From: a virus
DNA length: 64,000 nt
Reading direction: 5' to 3' (one strand)
Virus record (IMG/VR): IMGVR_UViG_3300005573_000001
A program made the position numbers and the translations under genes. Under the pieces are notes generated by a model. That model was not told the DNA's origin and made no database searches. It worked only from the letters and a program-made list of their open reading frames with translations. Shown here piece by piece: positions 36,984 to 47,042 of this stretch; position 1 is the first letter of the stretch, and each line of letters starts with the position of its first letter.

Positions 36984-39191
36984 ATGCAGTACTATTCCCC
37001 ATACGCCAGATCGATAGAATACAAGAATAGCTCTAAGATTGAGACATCACAAGGTGTTATCAGCGGCGGCACTACTAATCACTTCAGATATGGACCAGAA
37101 TATTTTAGCGGTACCAATGCATACATCTACTTCGGCGACATATTAGTCGACGAGATATTCTCGTTACAATTCACACTAACCGAACAAGTCCAACCTATAT
37201 ATGGATACAACTCATATACAGCCGATGCGTGGGCATATGGGCAACGGCTGATCCAGGGTACATTCGACATATACTATAGGGATTCCGGGTATATCTTTAT
37301 CCTACTTGAGGAAGTAAAGAAAAGATATGATGCAGGAAAGGTAAGCACTAGTTTCTTTAGTGCCATAGAGTCACCAGAGGAAATGACGCTGGAAGCCCTG
37401 CTTGCCGCAGCCGCCCAAGGCGACAGCAAGGCGTTCGATAAGATTGCCAGCCAGTTCGAATCGATGTTATGGGGTAATGCCGTAGCCGACCCTGTCTTCA
37501 ACGACAGGAATATGTACGCACACAACAACCCATATTTTTATTCAACTAGGAACTTTAATAGCTTGCAAAAAGCCGGGTTTGATGTTATAATAACGTATGG
37601 GAGCGAAGCTAAGAAACAGATACAGGAGAAGACAAAGCTTGACTCAAGGTTTCAGCCAGTTACGGCTATAGAGACTATAAACGGGGTCAGGCTGCAGGCA
37701 GTCGATAAAATCATAGACGCTACGGGAACTCCAATCTTTGAGCGCTATACATTTCTAGCGGAAGACTTAAACCGTTCCATCAGGGCAACCTCTGGAAGTA
37801 CCCAGAGCTCTCAGAATACCGATAATACGTACAAGGAAGCACTCAAACCACAAACCACGCCTTACACCAAGGTGTCCAAGGGTACAACTGGAGCATGGGC
37901 TGAATTGGCCGAGGCAACGCTTAACGAAATCCTATGCAACGAGATATACGCATGCAGTAAGGATAAGAACTATACTTCGGAAATGCTCACAGCCCTAGGT
38001 AGCAGCCCATACAAAGTCCTGCCAATCGACGGTTCATTCGGAGATAAAGACGTAACATATACAAAGGCTATGAGCAAGTATTTTGCAACCATATATGGTT
38101 CCGGGTCGTTATATGGTGGCAATGGATATTTTGACGACACCACTTGGTCTGTCTGTAAGCAACGCAATATAGACTCGCTAGCCAAGGATGCCACCATGCC
38201 GATAACGGGCATAGGCGACATTCAATATATACCCCCTATGGCAAGGGGCAGCAAGGGATATTATGCAACAAAGCTGCAGAATGCCATCAATGCATGGGTA
38301 GACATGGTTCTTACCAACAACGCGATAGGGTCAATCTCAATGCAAAAGTTCCTTAGTGAACTGGATAAAGCCGGGCTAGGTAACACCTTTACTACTTCAT
38401 GTAAAGTGAAGGTCGACGGAGACTTTGGCACAGGAACTGCAACGGCGCTCAAGAAAGTTTATATATGGCTGAAGACCTTTGGCGCACTCAGCTATGCTTC
38501 CTTGGTAGATAAGGAAAAGGTATGGGGGGATTCGCTGGAGAAGTCTGCGGCTAAGTACCTTGGACAATATCTAACCAACGTATCACTTAATATGAGCAAC
38601 TCCGCTACAGTAACTACGGTACAGGCTGCACTCAACGAATGGGCAGACGCCCATAATAGGGAAGGCGGCAAGTATGCGCTTGTTCCGATTACCGGCAAGT
38701 ATGACGACAAGACTAAAGCACTACTGACATCATTTAAGACTAGCCTAAATATAACAGACCCAACCCCATGTGGGGAGTCAACATACGAGAAACTCAAAGC
38801 TTATATATATGACTATGAGCATAATATGGATACAATCAAAGATAACCCCTTTAGAATCCCGCCTATGGCTAACGGTAGTAAGGGTAAATTTGTTGTCTCC
38901 CTGCAGAATATCATTAATTCCTACTTCACCGCAATAGGCGGAAAGATAGACTACATAAACACGGAGGCCCTAGAAAATGGTTATAAGGCCCTTCCGGCAA
39001 GCAGGAGTATAACAGTAGACGGTACTTACAGTGCTACTGTAGCAGACATTATAGAGACGTTATCCTGGTATTACGTCAACAGTGAACACGAAGTACACAA
39101 AATAGCCGCGTCCGATATGGGCAACGGCGGAAATAACAAGGATATTTGTAGAGCCCTCATTGAGAAGCTCTACTATGAAATTAATCTATAG
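36984..39191 (+). CDS. Tube-like N-terminal domain fused to peptidoglycan-binding repeats
   Basis: EYFSGT..PIYGYNS..GQRLIQGTF; repeated GSKG..LQN...VDGDFG.GT motifs. Confidence 0.7.
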   Translation: MQYYSPYARSIEYKNSSKIETSQGVISGGTTNHFRYGPEYFSGTNAYIYFGDILVDEIFSLQFTLTEQVQPIYGYNSYTADAWAYGQRLIQGTFDIYYRDSGYIFILLEEVKKRYDAGKVSTSFFSAIESPEEMTLEALLAAAAQGDSKAFDKIASQFESMLWGNAVADPVFNDRNMYAHNNPYFYSTRNFNSLQKAGFDVIITYGSEAKKQIQEKTKLDSRFQPVTAIETINGVRLQAVDKIIDATGTPIFERYTFLAEDLNRSIRATSGSTQSSQNTDNTYKEALKPQTTPYTKVSKGTTGAWAELAEATLNEILCNEIYACSKDKNYTSEMLTALGSSPYKVLPIDGSFGDKDVTYTKAMSKYFATIYGSGSLYGGNGYFDDTTWSVCKQRNIDSLAKDATMPITGIGDIQYIPPMARGSKGYYATKLQNAINAWVDMVLTNNAIGSISMQKFLSELDKAGLGNTFTTSCKVKVDGDFGTGTATALKKVYIWLKTFGALSYASLVDKEKVWGDSLEKSAAKYLGQYLTNVSLNMSNSATVTTVQAALNEWADAHNREGGKYALVPITGKYDDKTKALLTSFKTSLNITDPTPCGESTYEKLKAYIYDYEHNMDTIKDNPFRIPPMANGSKGKFVVSLQNIINSYFTAIGGKIDYINTEALENGYKALPASRSITVDGTYSATVADIIETLSWYYVNSEHEVHKIAASDMGNGGNNKDICRALIEKLYYEINL

Positions 39192-39200
39192 GAGTAGAAT

Positions 39201-39626
39201 ATGGCAAAGAAATCACCATTGATTCCAGAAGAAGAAGTAACTGCAACTCCGATGGTTACACCAGAGGATGACACGGCCTTCTACAATGAGAAGGGGGAGG
39301 AACTGCTGTTCCAAAACGGCCCGACGCTTACCGAAGTCGAAGAGTGGAAGCGCAGGTATACTAACATATATGTTACCGACTTTGAGAACGGTGACGTATA
39401 TATATACAGGCCACTTACACGCAAGGAATGGAAAGAGATACGCAACATACAGAATGCCGACCAGCTTTACCAAGAAGAGCGTATATGCGACACAGCCGTA
39501 ATATGGCCCAAGACAGATATAAACAAGTTTAGGATTCATGGGCCTGCGGGAGTTCCTACGGTTCTCGCCGAGCAAATACTTGAAATATCTGGGTTCATTC
39601 CTAACGTATCCGGCGTAAAACTATAA
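39201..39626 (+). CDS. Tail assembly chaperone 1
   Basis: Position before the tape measure; YRPLTRKE..EERIC..AGVP..LAEQI. Confidence 0.65.
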   Translation: MAKKSPLIPEEEVTATPMVTPEDDTAFYNEKGEELLFQNGPTLTEVEEWKRRYTNIYVTDFENGDVYIYRPLTRKEWKEIRNIQNADQLYQEERICDTAVIWPKTDINKFRIHGPAGVPTVLAEQILEISGFIPNVSGVKL

Positions 39627-39645
39627 AGTGTAGGGAGGTAACTTT

Positions 39646-40230
39646 ATGACCTCTCGAGAACTTCTCCTCTCCAGAATCCCAGAATCAAAACTAGCCGAGT
39701 GGCTGGAAAAGTATAGGGATATATTTATCGTGGAGAGCGGAGAATACGCTTACATGTGTAGGCCTATCTCGTATGCGTCTCTCATGTTGATAGACAAATT
39801 CGGCGGCGATGACAGCGCTAAAGAGGATGCTATCTGCGCAGAATGTGTCCTTTACCCACCGATAGAAAACGTTAACAACCTCCCAGCTGGTATTCCGACA
39901 GCTATCGCCCGTAGCGTACTAGAGCGATCATGTTTCCTAAGTGAAAAGTATGCAGAGGAAATACTGAAGGAATTTAGGGAGGATATGAAAAAGGCTATCA
40001 ATCAGTTCATCGCCGTCACTGCGTATGCCTTCAAGATAGACATGGAGGAACTGGAGGAATGGCCAATAAATAAGCTTATCAAGTACTATACCCGTGCCGA
40101 GTGGATACTGCAGCAAATTTATGGCGGCGGGGAACAGAGTACACGGCAGGAAGGTAGTATAGAAGACTTCCCAGAGCTCAAGGCAGAGCAGGCTTTTTTA
40201 AGCGGAAAGTTGCACCCAAAGAAAGGGTAG
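39646..40230 (+). CDS. Tail assembly chaperone 2 (paralog with a C-terminal extension)
   Basis: CRPIS..EDAIC..AGIP..IARSV aligns with chaperone 1. Confidence 0.65.
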   Translation: MTSRELLLSRIPESKLAEWLEKYRDIFIVESGEYAYMCRPISYASLMLIDKFGGDDSAKEDAICAECVLYPPIENVNNLPAGIPTAIARSVLERSCFLSEKYAEEILKEFREDMKKAINQFIAVTAYAFKIDMEELEEWPINKLIKYYTRAEWILQQIYGGGEQSTRQEGSIEDFPELKAEQAFLSGKLHPKKG

Positions 40231-40234
40231 GCGG

Positions 40235-43200
40235 ATGAACAAGTATCAGGCATACTTGAACAGGGAATACCTGAATACACGAGCACGGGCCACCCGTCAG
40301 CGCCATAACAGAGAAGAATCAAGAGAGAGATTTGCCAACATAGTTGGCAGTCTAGCTACCGCAGCCGGGATAATCGGCGGCGTCTACTTAGTGCGCTCTG
40401 GAAAGCTTGGAGACCTGCTTGGTGGCACACTAGGAGAAGGGCTCTCTCGTAATATAGGCAGTGTCAAGCGCGGGGTGGCAGCCGTCGACTCTGCAATACA
40501 GGCCATCAGTGCCGGCATTAGGGAGCGGGGACTTCTTAAATTTCTCGGTGGCGAAAGCACAGAGTATATAACAAAGAAGTTTGGCCGCATCTATGCAGGA
40601 ACGCTGCGTAAAACAAGTACCGCGCTCTCCGGCACAAGCACTATGATAGAAAACATGGCCAAGAGCTTCGAGCGCATAAGTAGTAGTGCGGAAAAGTCTA
40701 TTATATCCCATGCACGCCTGAATACTATTATAGACAGCGTAGAGAAGCAATTCGGCTCCGAGGTCGGGGCATCGTTCAAGGCGAGTGCTCTGGGTGCGCT
40801 ACAGTCAAGCAAGAACCAAGGGCTCTTTGATACACAAAGCCCCGAACAGTTACTCAAGAAGATAAAGTTAGACAAGAGGATTAGCGCTGAGCAACAGAAG
40901 CAAATCTTTGAACATATACAAGGGTTATACAATAGCGGAGCTCTTAGCGACGGGAACCTTATGAGCCCTGCCAGCGTTAAGGAGCAGGCTGAAAAATTCC
41001 GCCAAGCTATACTGAAGGGTGCCATAGAGACACTAACCCCCAAGAAAGAAAGTATCATGGCTAGGTCTATTCTGGCAAGTGGGGGCAGATACGCAACAGC
41101 CAAGGACATCATAGATAATCCCGACCTAATCCTCAATGAGTCGAGGTTTTTCGGCGTAAGGGAACGGGGTATTAGTAGGGCTAAGGAGTCAATCAAGACG
41201 GGACAGTCGGCGTCTAAGCTAGTCCATGAACAGGTGAGAAGGTTCATCGACGAGATGGTGGCTAACGGTGCGGACCCAAGTAAGATTATAATAGACCCTG
41301 GGGTGCTTATAAATAAGGCCGGAGAAGTAGTAGATATACGCGGACTACAAGATGTGTCCCGCCGCGCCATAAGTTATCTAAGTAATAAGTTTGCTATACC
41401 TTTCGTCAACATAAACCCACTAAATCTGTTACACTTCAATGCACAGGAAGCTGCCCGCGAGGCCCCTATGATGACCGAGCTCTTTCGTGGCGAGTTTCAG
41501 CCCGTAATTACCGGCACGCGCACAAGAATGGAAGAGACACTAGTTCGCGTCGGCAGTAAATTATACAACTATTCTGGCGAAGTAGTATCTAAGATACAAG
41601 GAGGCTACCTTACTTCTAATAGATATGGTACTCAGAAGGAAATTCTAGAGGCCATGGCTGCTGTTGGGGAGACACCAAACCAGGGAATATTACAGGAAGT
41701 CTTGGATATAGGCGGCCAAAGGAGAACATCGGAAATTAGACGGGCTATAGGGTTTTTCAGGAAATTCAACGACCCCGACTGGTTGCCAAATAAGTTACGC
41801 GACATAGAGGATGAATATAAGGTATGGAAAGGTACTAAGGGGGCAGAGTTTCCAAACAGGCGACCTAACGAGGCCATAAGACAACTCTATAGCATATTCA
41901 ATCGCCATGCAGATACGCTAGATACGGATACAATAGAGAGCCTGTCAGGCAAATTAATGGATGTCTTTAAGGGTGTCGGATTCACACCCGAAGACTTTAT
42001 GATGGAGACAGAAGAGGATGTTATGCTTACTCTAAGTAAGTATATATCCAGCAATTATGTCAACCATAACAACCTTATTGATAGACAACTTATTGCGGCT
42101 GCTAAACAGTTTAGGGAGAACCCAGAGGCATTCTTTAAGACAAAGGAAGCTGTCTACAGTCAGGGACCTCCGTTCAATGCCGCAGAGAACCTGCAGTTCA
42201 AAGGCACGTTTCTGCGCACAAAGGTTGGCCGCGTAAAGAGGCAACTACAGCAGCAGTTTTTACAGAAGCTAGCCGATTCGGGTAACTTGCAAGAGTCCGC
42301 ATTAGAAAGCCTTGACGCGTTGCAGCAGCATAAGGTAAATGACCTTCTCACCCTGAACTGGCTCAACGGCTTGCAGTATGACATAAAGAATAATACAGGC
42401 AGACAGGCTGAGAAGATATTCGCAGACGTATGGGCGAATCCCGAGAGCGAAATAAGGTATGCTAAGAATTATACAGAATCAATAAGGCGTAATGTCCGCA
42501 AGTACAACTCGCGTTTCAGTAGTTGGGTCCTTCCGCAGACAGAGACCAGCGAGTTTGGAGACCAACCGTATCTATGGGTTAACAAAGCCGTAAATCCATT
42601 CAAGGCAACCCTCGAGGCTATAAACGAATCCCTCACGAGCGGGAAGAATATGCTTGACGCCATTAAGGAGGCTACAGCAGGCACGTTTTCCCAATTCTTC
42701 GCAGGCCGCAAGAATTTACGCGACGTGACTACGGCGACAATGTTCCCATATTACTTTATGTACCGCCTCAACACTGGGATAAGCACGGTAGGACTAGGGC
42801 TGTCAGAGCATAATATGGGAAGCGCACAGCAAATATTCGCCAACTTACTCGCCAGGCGTTACGGTGCTACCATGCTAGCTCTAGGACTAGCCTCGTATCT
42901 AGCCTATGAAATTGGCAATGCTACTGGTAAGAAACCACAGGATGTCGCGGCCGGTGCTTACGTAAATATGACGCTTGGCATGGCCAAGGTCAAGGACATT
43001 TTCGGTATTACAAACCTCTCTAAGTGGACGTCCAACCTATTTCCAGGATCAGAGCGTCTATGGCAGAACCCAATCGGGGCCGCCATAAAGTACGGCACAT
43101 TCGGGTTAATAGGTGACGACCGGAGCATGGAAGAACTCAAGCGCTATTACCAGAAAGGAAGCGACCCTATTCGAAGTGGCCGTTGGTGGGGCATCGGGTC

Positions 43201-46200
43201 TACGACAGAGTTCCGCGGCTGCCTCACTCCAGAGTCCAAGATACAATGTAGGGGCGGTATGGTAAGCGCAAAAGACATCCGGTTTGGAGATCTGGTACTA
43301 ACGAAGGATGGAACATACCACCCGATAACTGCCATAATTCCAAGAGACACCGCAGAAACAATCTATAAGGTTACTACTATACTGGATGATAGCGAAACAG
43401 TATGGCTTACCGGCAATCATCAAGTACTTGCCATACACACCGGCCATACGCCAGAATGGGTGCCTGTAGAGAATATTACACTTAACGACTATATGTTGTA
43501 CCCCATACCAAAGGGAAACAACGACAGCGATACAATATCCATTGGTGGCACGGTGCTTACCGTTAACAAGTCGCTAGGTAGATTAGTCGGGCTATATACC
43601 GTCACAGGACACTGTGAAACAGGTACGGCCAGCATCTTTAAAAGCCTGGTACCTGGAGAGAATCAACAAAGCAGACACTTGTCCAATACTATAATGGATT
43701 TGTCAAACCTGGACTTCTGGCTTGGCTTTATCGAGGCATTTGAAACAACGAGTATCGAAGTCGCGAACTATCGGCTAGCTAAACAAATACAACATATTCT
43801 TCTAAGGCTCTATATCGTCGCGTCAATATCAACGTCGAATAATGCATACAGAATAGATTATAGTAGCAATAATGGGCTTTATAAGTGGGCAGACGACGAT
43901 ACGCTGGCTGTCGCTATCAAGTCTATAGGGACCGCCTATTACAAGGGGGTAGTGTATGACTTCTCGGTAGATACAGAGCCAAGCTTTGTATCATCCGGTT
44001 ACATTATGCACAACTCAAAGATCTCATACTTTGCGCCAAACTGGTACCGTCGCATGAAGTCAGATTACATGATGACGGACGTAGGGTACGGATCAGAGAG
44101 TGAGTATTGGGCTAACAACTGGCTCCCAACGCCGCGTAACCCGCTTGGACCAATCAAGACAATGATACTTGACCCAAACCATTGGCAGCGTAAACACCTA
44201 AAGGATAGGCCAGCAGCTGTTATAGGCGGAGTCCAAGAATTGCAACAGATACCCCTTGTGGGGCCATTGCTTGACACTACAATCGGTCGAGTCTTAAATC
44301 CACGCAGGCTGCGTGCAGGGTATGCCAGGGCCCACAGGCAATATATCAATAGGATTAACGAAGAGATAAAGGCACGCTACGAACAAGAGAGTCAAGGTGG
44401 GTACTACGAAGTACAGCCAGGTGGCGGCCTAGTTCCTGTCGCAGTCCCCGACGTAATAGAAGCCGGAGACGAGGACATAGTTCCCGCAACAGGCTTAAGG
44501 CCTGGTTACTACGGACGCAACGTGTCAGTTAGTGGTATCCATATCACCGACGAAGTAGCGGACAGCAGGCGGCGCGGGATGGGATATGGTGCAGCCCTAT
44601 CAACCTCAGAACTAAGCGACATCAACGCTAGCTTCACCGCAGGGTCTCGCGTAATACCTATTAGTCCTGCTGCAATGCTCAACTCCATTATGTCTAATGA
44701 AGACTATATGGACGCTTTCCTGCCGACTACTAATCCAAGCAGCGTTTCATACCGGCTTGGCGAAGCTAAGTATAGCCTGACTGAGTTAGCCGGCTTATAT
44801 GGATTCACATTTAATATGTTGTTCGGCGGGGAGGGAGCTGCCTCTGGACCCGTCTTACAGTATGGCGGGGATGCATGGAGCATACAAAGAGCCTTCTGGG
44901 ATATGGGGCTTGGAGGATTCCCGGGAGAACTATCAGAGATAGGACGTAGGTTCATACCGAAGAAACGTACGGAGAGACAGTGGAGTCCGTTCAGGAATAC
45001 GATGCCAGAATGGCTGCCTATGGAGTTTCAATATGGAGACCCCTTTACTAAGATAGCACGTGGAGAAGCGAGACTACCCGGCAGCGGATACGAAAGCCTT
45101 AACCAGCTCCATCCAGATATGTTCGGCGAATATGGAGCAATCGACAGATTTAAGATACTCGCCGATATAGCTCCATACTCGGAACAATACAAATATTACA
45201 GCAAGATACTTACCCTATACAACCAAGCCGGGCTGCTTTCTGACGAAGAAAAGGAAGACATACGGGAAATCAAGCATCAGGTCCATCAGCAGAAACAACG
45301 CTATGACATGACGCCGTATAAGTTTCTATATGCTCACACGCAAAGACATAAGGTCAAGATTAAAGAGGTTATTGATGACATTACGTTCATAGCGGAAGGG
45401 TATGCTCATCCAATGAGATTGGCTGGCATAACCATGCCGCCACAATCGGATACCAGTCCCGGAGCACAAGAGGCAAGAGAATACCTCAGGTCGGTTATTC
45501 GTGGCGGCGCAACCATATGGATAGAAACCGACGCAGACCCGCTCTTCGCTGTCCGCGGCGACGTGATGCAGACTATGAGGGTAGCAGTCTTCGACCAGCA
45601 CGGCGAATCTGTATCCAGTAAGTTGGCACGTACCAAATGGGGCGGCCAGAAGGGCGTAGTCAAGGCTGATTACAAAGATACGAGAGCGACTACAGTACGT
45701 GCGTTATATAGCAAGGGCGAGATAACGGTAGGTAAGGTTTGGGAGCTGTTAGTACACCGTAATAACCCATTCAACAATAAGTTTATGCAGGTACGTAGTC
45801 CATACGAACAATACGTTCGAAGGATGGTATACGGCAAAGACTTTAGAACGTGGCAACACCCAATTAAGGGATTCATACAACCTATTATAGACACCAACGC
45901 GATGCGCAACCCAATACTGGCTACGGCAGTGGGTGCACTCGGAGGATCTCTATTCGGAAGGCGCGGGCAAACCGGGGCCAAACTAATAGGGGCCATTATC
46001 GGCGGCGCTATTATGGGCGGGGCCTCATCTCTACGCGCAATTAACGAGACATGGAATAGAATAACCAAGAGATCCGACTATACGTGGATACCGAAACGCC
46101 GCAGACTAGAACGTGAAATCAACGAATACTTTGATAGACTAACATATATAAAGTATAAGGGCCTATACGAGCGAGCCAGAGAATTGGCTCGCAAGGAAGA

Positions 46201-47035
46201 AGGCGTAGACGTAGAAGAACTAGCCAAGTCTGCTCGAGGCGGCAAGGCAATCAGCAAGCGCAGGAGAAAGGCGTTAGAAGCGCGTAAACGTTGGGTATAT
46301 ACCAATATGGCAAACCCGCTAAACGATCCAGACGTCTGCAAGGCGGAGCTTCAGGCAATAAACGAGGAACTTGGAGAAGTCAGCGGAGACACCGCTAAGA
46401 AGTTATATAGGCTTGGGCCTCTTACTATGAAAGCGCTCGAATTCAAGGGTATATACGAATCCACCCTATATGGCGCGACACCTAGCGGAGACTTACAGAA
46501 GATAATAAGGGCCCTCCCAAAAACAGAGCGTGACTTCTTCTCCGGTTTCCTAACGTCGCCTCCAGAAGAACGAGAGAAAATACTACGAGTAGTTCCTCAG
46601 AACGAACGTAGGTTCCTGCAGGCAATGTGGGGTCTAAAGCCAGACAAGGTGAAGTCAAACGAAGAGTATTTCATGTACCACAACTTGCCGGGACCCCTAT
46701 GGGAGGGCTGGAAGCCAGACGTCTCACTCGAGGCTATCAAGCTAAATACAGCCAAGGCAATGGGCTTGGACGTATCAGACCTAGGCTTTTACCCAAGCGA
46801 TGTCAGCGAGGCTAGAGGAGCTGGGAAGGTTTACACTGGCAAGGGGCTAAACTGGTTCAGCTTCGGCAAGCTACACGGGGTCCTTAAGGGCCTTGGACTA
46901 AAGAAGATAGACATCAAATCTTACCTCGGAAATACGCCGCTTTACGATACACAGGTAGATATAGAGGTCGAGTATGACCGTAAGAACGATATAATTAAGT
47001 CAATGAATGATAACTATAGATCCCTGTTCAGGTAG
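40235..47035 (+). CDS. Tape-measure-like giant protein with an intein and a degenerate thermonuclease-like domain
   Basis: Follows the chaperones; 2266 aa, helical with several hydrophobic Gly/Ala segments. Confidence 0.7.
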   Translation: MNKYQAYLNREYLNTRARATRQRHNREESRERFANIVGSLATAAGIIGGVYLVRSGKLGDLLGGTLGEGLSRNIGSVKRGVAAVDSAIQAISAGIRERGLLKFLGGESTEYITKKFGRIYAGTLRKTSTALSGTSTMIENMAKSFERISSSAEKSIISHARLNTIIDSVEKQFGSEVGASFKASALGALQSSKNQGLFDTQSPEQLLKKIKLDKRISAEQQKQIFEHIQGLYNSGALSDGNLMSPASVKEQAEKFRQAILKGAIETLTPKKESIMARSILASGGRYATAKDIIDNPDLILNESRFFGVRERGISRAKESIKTGQSASKLVHEQVRRFIDEMVANGADPSKIIIDPGVLINKAGEVVDIRGLQDVSRRAISYLSNKFAIPFVNINPLNLLHFNAQEAAREAPMMTELFRGEFQPVITGTRTRMEETLVRVGSKLYNYSGEVVSKIQGGYLTSNRYGTQKEILEAMAAVGETPNQGILQEVLDIGGQRRTSEIRRAIGFFRKFNDPDWLPNKLRDIEDEYKVWKGTKGAEFPNRRPNEAIRQLYSIFNRHADTLDTDTIESLSGKLMDVFKGVGFTPEDFMMETEEDVMLTLSKYISSNYVNHNNLIDRQLIAAAKQFRENPEAFFKTKEAVYSQGPPFNAAENLQFKGTFLRTKVGRVKRQLQQQFLQKLADSGNLQESALESLDALQQHKVNDLLTLNWLNGLQYDIKNNTGRQAEKIFADVWANPESEIRYAKNYTESIRRNVRKYNSRFSSWVLPQTETSEFGDQPYLWVNKAVNPFKATLEAINESLTSGKNMLDAIKEATAGTFSQFFAGRKNLRDVTTATMFPYYFMYRLNTGISTVGLGLSEHNMGSAQQIFANLLARRYGATMLALGLASYLAYEIGNATGKKPQDVAAGAYVNMTLGMAKVKDIFGITNLSKWTSNLFPGSERLWQNPIGAAIKYGTFGLIGDDRSMEELKRYYQKGSDPIRSGRWWGIGSTTEFRGCLTPESKIQCRGGMVSAKDIRFGDLVLTKDGTYHPITAIIPRDTAETIYKVTTILDDSETVWLTGNHQVLAIHTGHTPEWVPVENITLNDYMLYPIPKGNNDSDTISIGGTVLTVNKSLGRLVGLYTVTGHCETGTASIFKSLVPGENQQSRHLSNTIMDLSNLDFWLGFIEAFETTSIEVANYRLAKQIQHILLRLYIVASISTSNNAYRIDYSSNNGLYKWADDDTLAVAIKSIGTAYYKGVVYDFSVDTEPSFVSSGYIMHNSKISYFAPNWYRRMKSDYMMTDVGYGSESEYWANNWLPTPRNPLGPIKTMILDPNHWQRKHLKDRPAAVIGGVQELQQIPLVGPLLDTTIGRVLNPRRLRAGYARAHRQYINRINEEIKARYEQESQGGYYEVQPGGGLVPVAVPDVIEAGDEDIVPATGLRPGYYGRNVSVSGIHITDEVADSRRRGMGYGAALSTSELSDINASFTAGSRVIPISPAAMLNSIMSNEDYMDAFLPTTNPSSVSYRLGEAKYSLTELAGLYGFTFNMLFGGEGAASGPVLQYGGDAWSIQRAFWDMGLGGFPGELSEIGRRFIPKKRTERQWSPFRNTMPEWLPMEFQYGDPFTKIARGEARLPGSGYESLNQLHPDMFGEYGAIDRFKILADIAPYSEQYKYYSKILTLYNQAGLLSDEEKEDIREIKHQVHQQKQRYDMTPYKFLYAHTQRHKVKIKEVIDDITFIAEGYAHPMRLAGITMPPQSDTSPGAQEAREYLRSVIRGGATIWIETDADPLFAVRGDVMQTMRVAVFDQHGESVSSKLARTKWGGQKGVVKADYKDTRATTVRALYSKGEITVGKVWELLVHRNNPFNNKFMQVRSPYEQYVRRMVYGKDFRTWQHPIKGFIQPIIDTNAMRNPILATAVGALGGSLFGRRGQTGAKLIGAIIGGAIMGGASSLRAINETWNRITKRSDYTWIPKRRRLEREINEYFDRLTYIKYKGLYERARELARKEEGVDVEELAKSARGGKAISKRRRKALEARKRWVYTNMANPLNDPDVCKAELQAINEELGEVSGDTAKKLYRLGPLTMKALEFKGIYESTLYGATPSGDLQKIIRALPKTERDFFSGFLTSPPEEREKILRVVPQNERRFLQAMWGLKPDKVKSNEEYFMYHNLPGPLWEGWKPDVSLEAIKLNTAKAMGLDVSDLGFYPSDVSEARGAGKVYTGKGLNWFSFGKLHGVLKGLGLKKIDIKSYLGNTPLYDTQVDIEVEYDRKNDIIKSMNDNYRSLFR
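43220..44014 (+). mobile_element. Intein (265 aa) in the tape-measure-like protein
   Basis: Starts CLTPESKI; TGNH block B; ends VYDFSV..SF..IMHN followed by Ser. Confidence 0.92.
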
Positions 47036-47042
47036 GTAAAAC

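Noticed and set aside
16848-44014. Active homing endonucleases in the inteins
   Set aside because: The inteins are too short and the LAGLIDADG catalytic acidic motifs are missing
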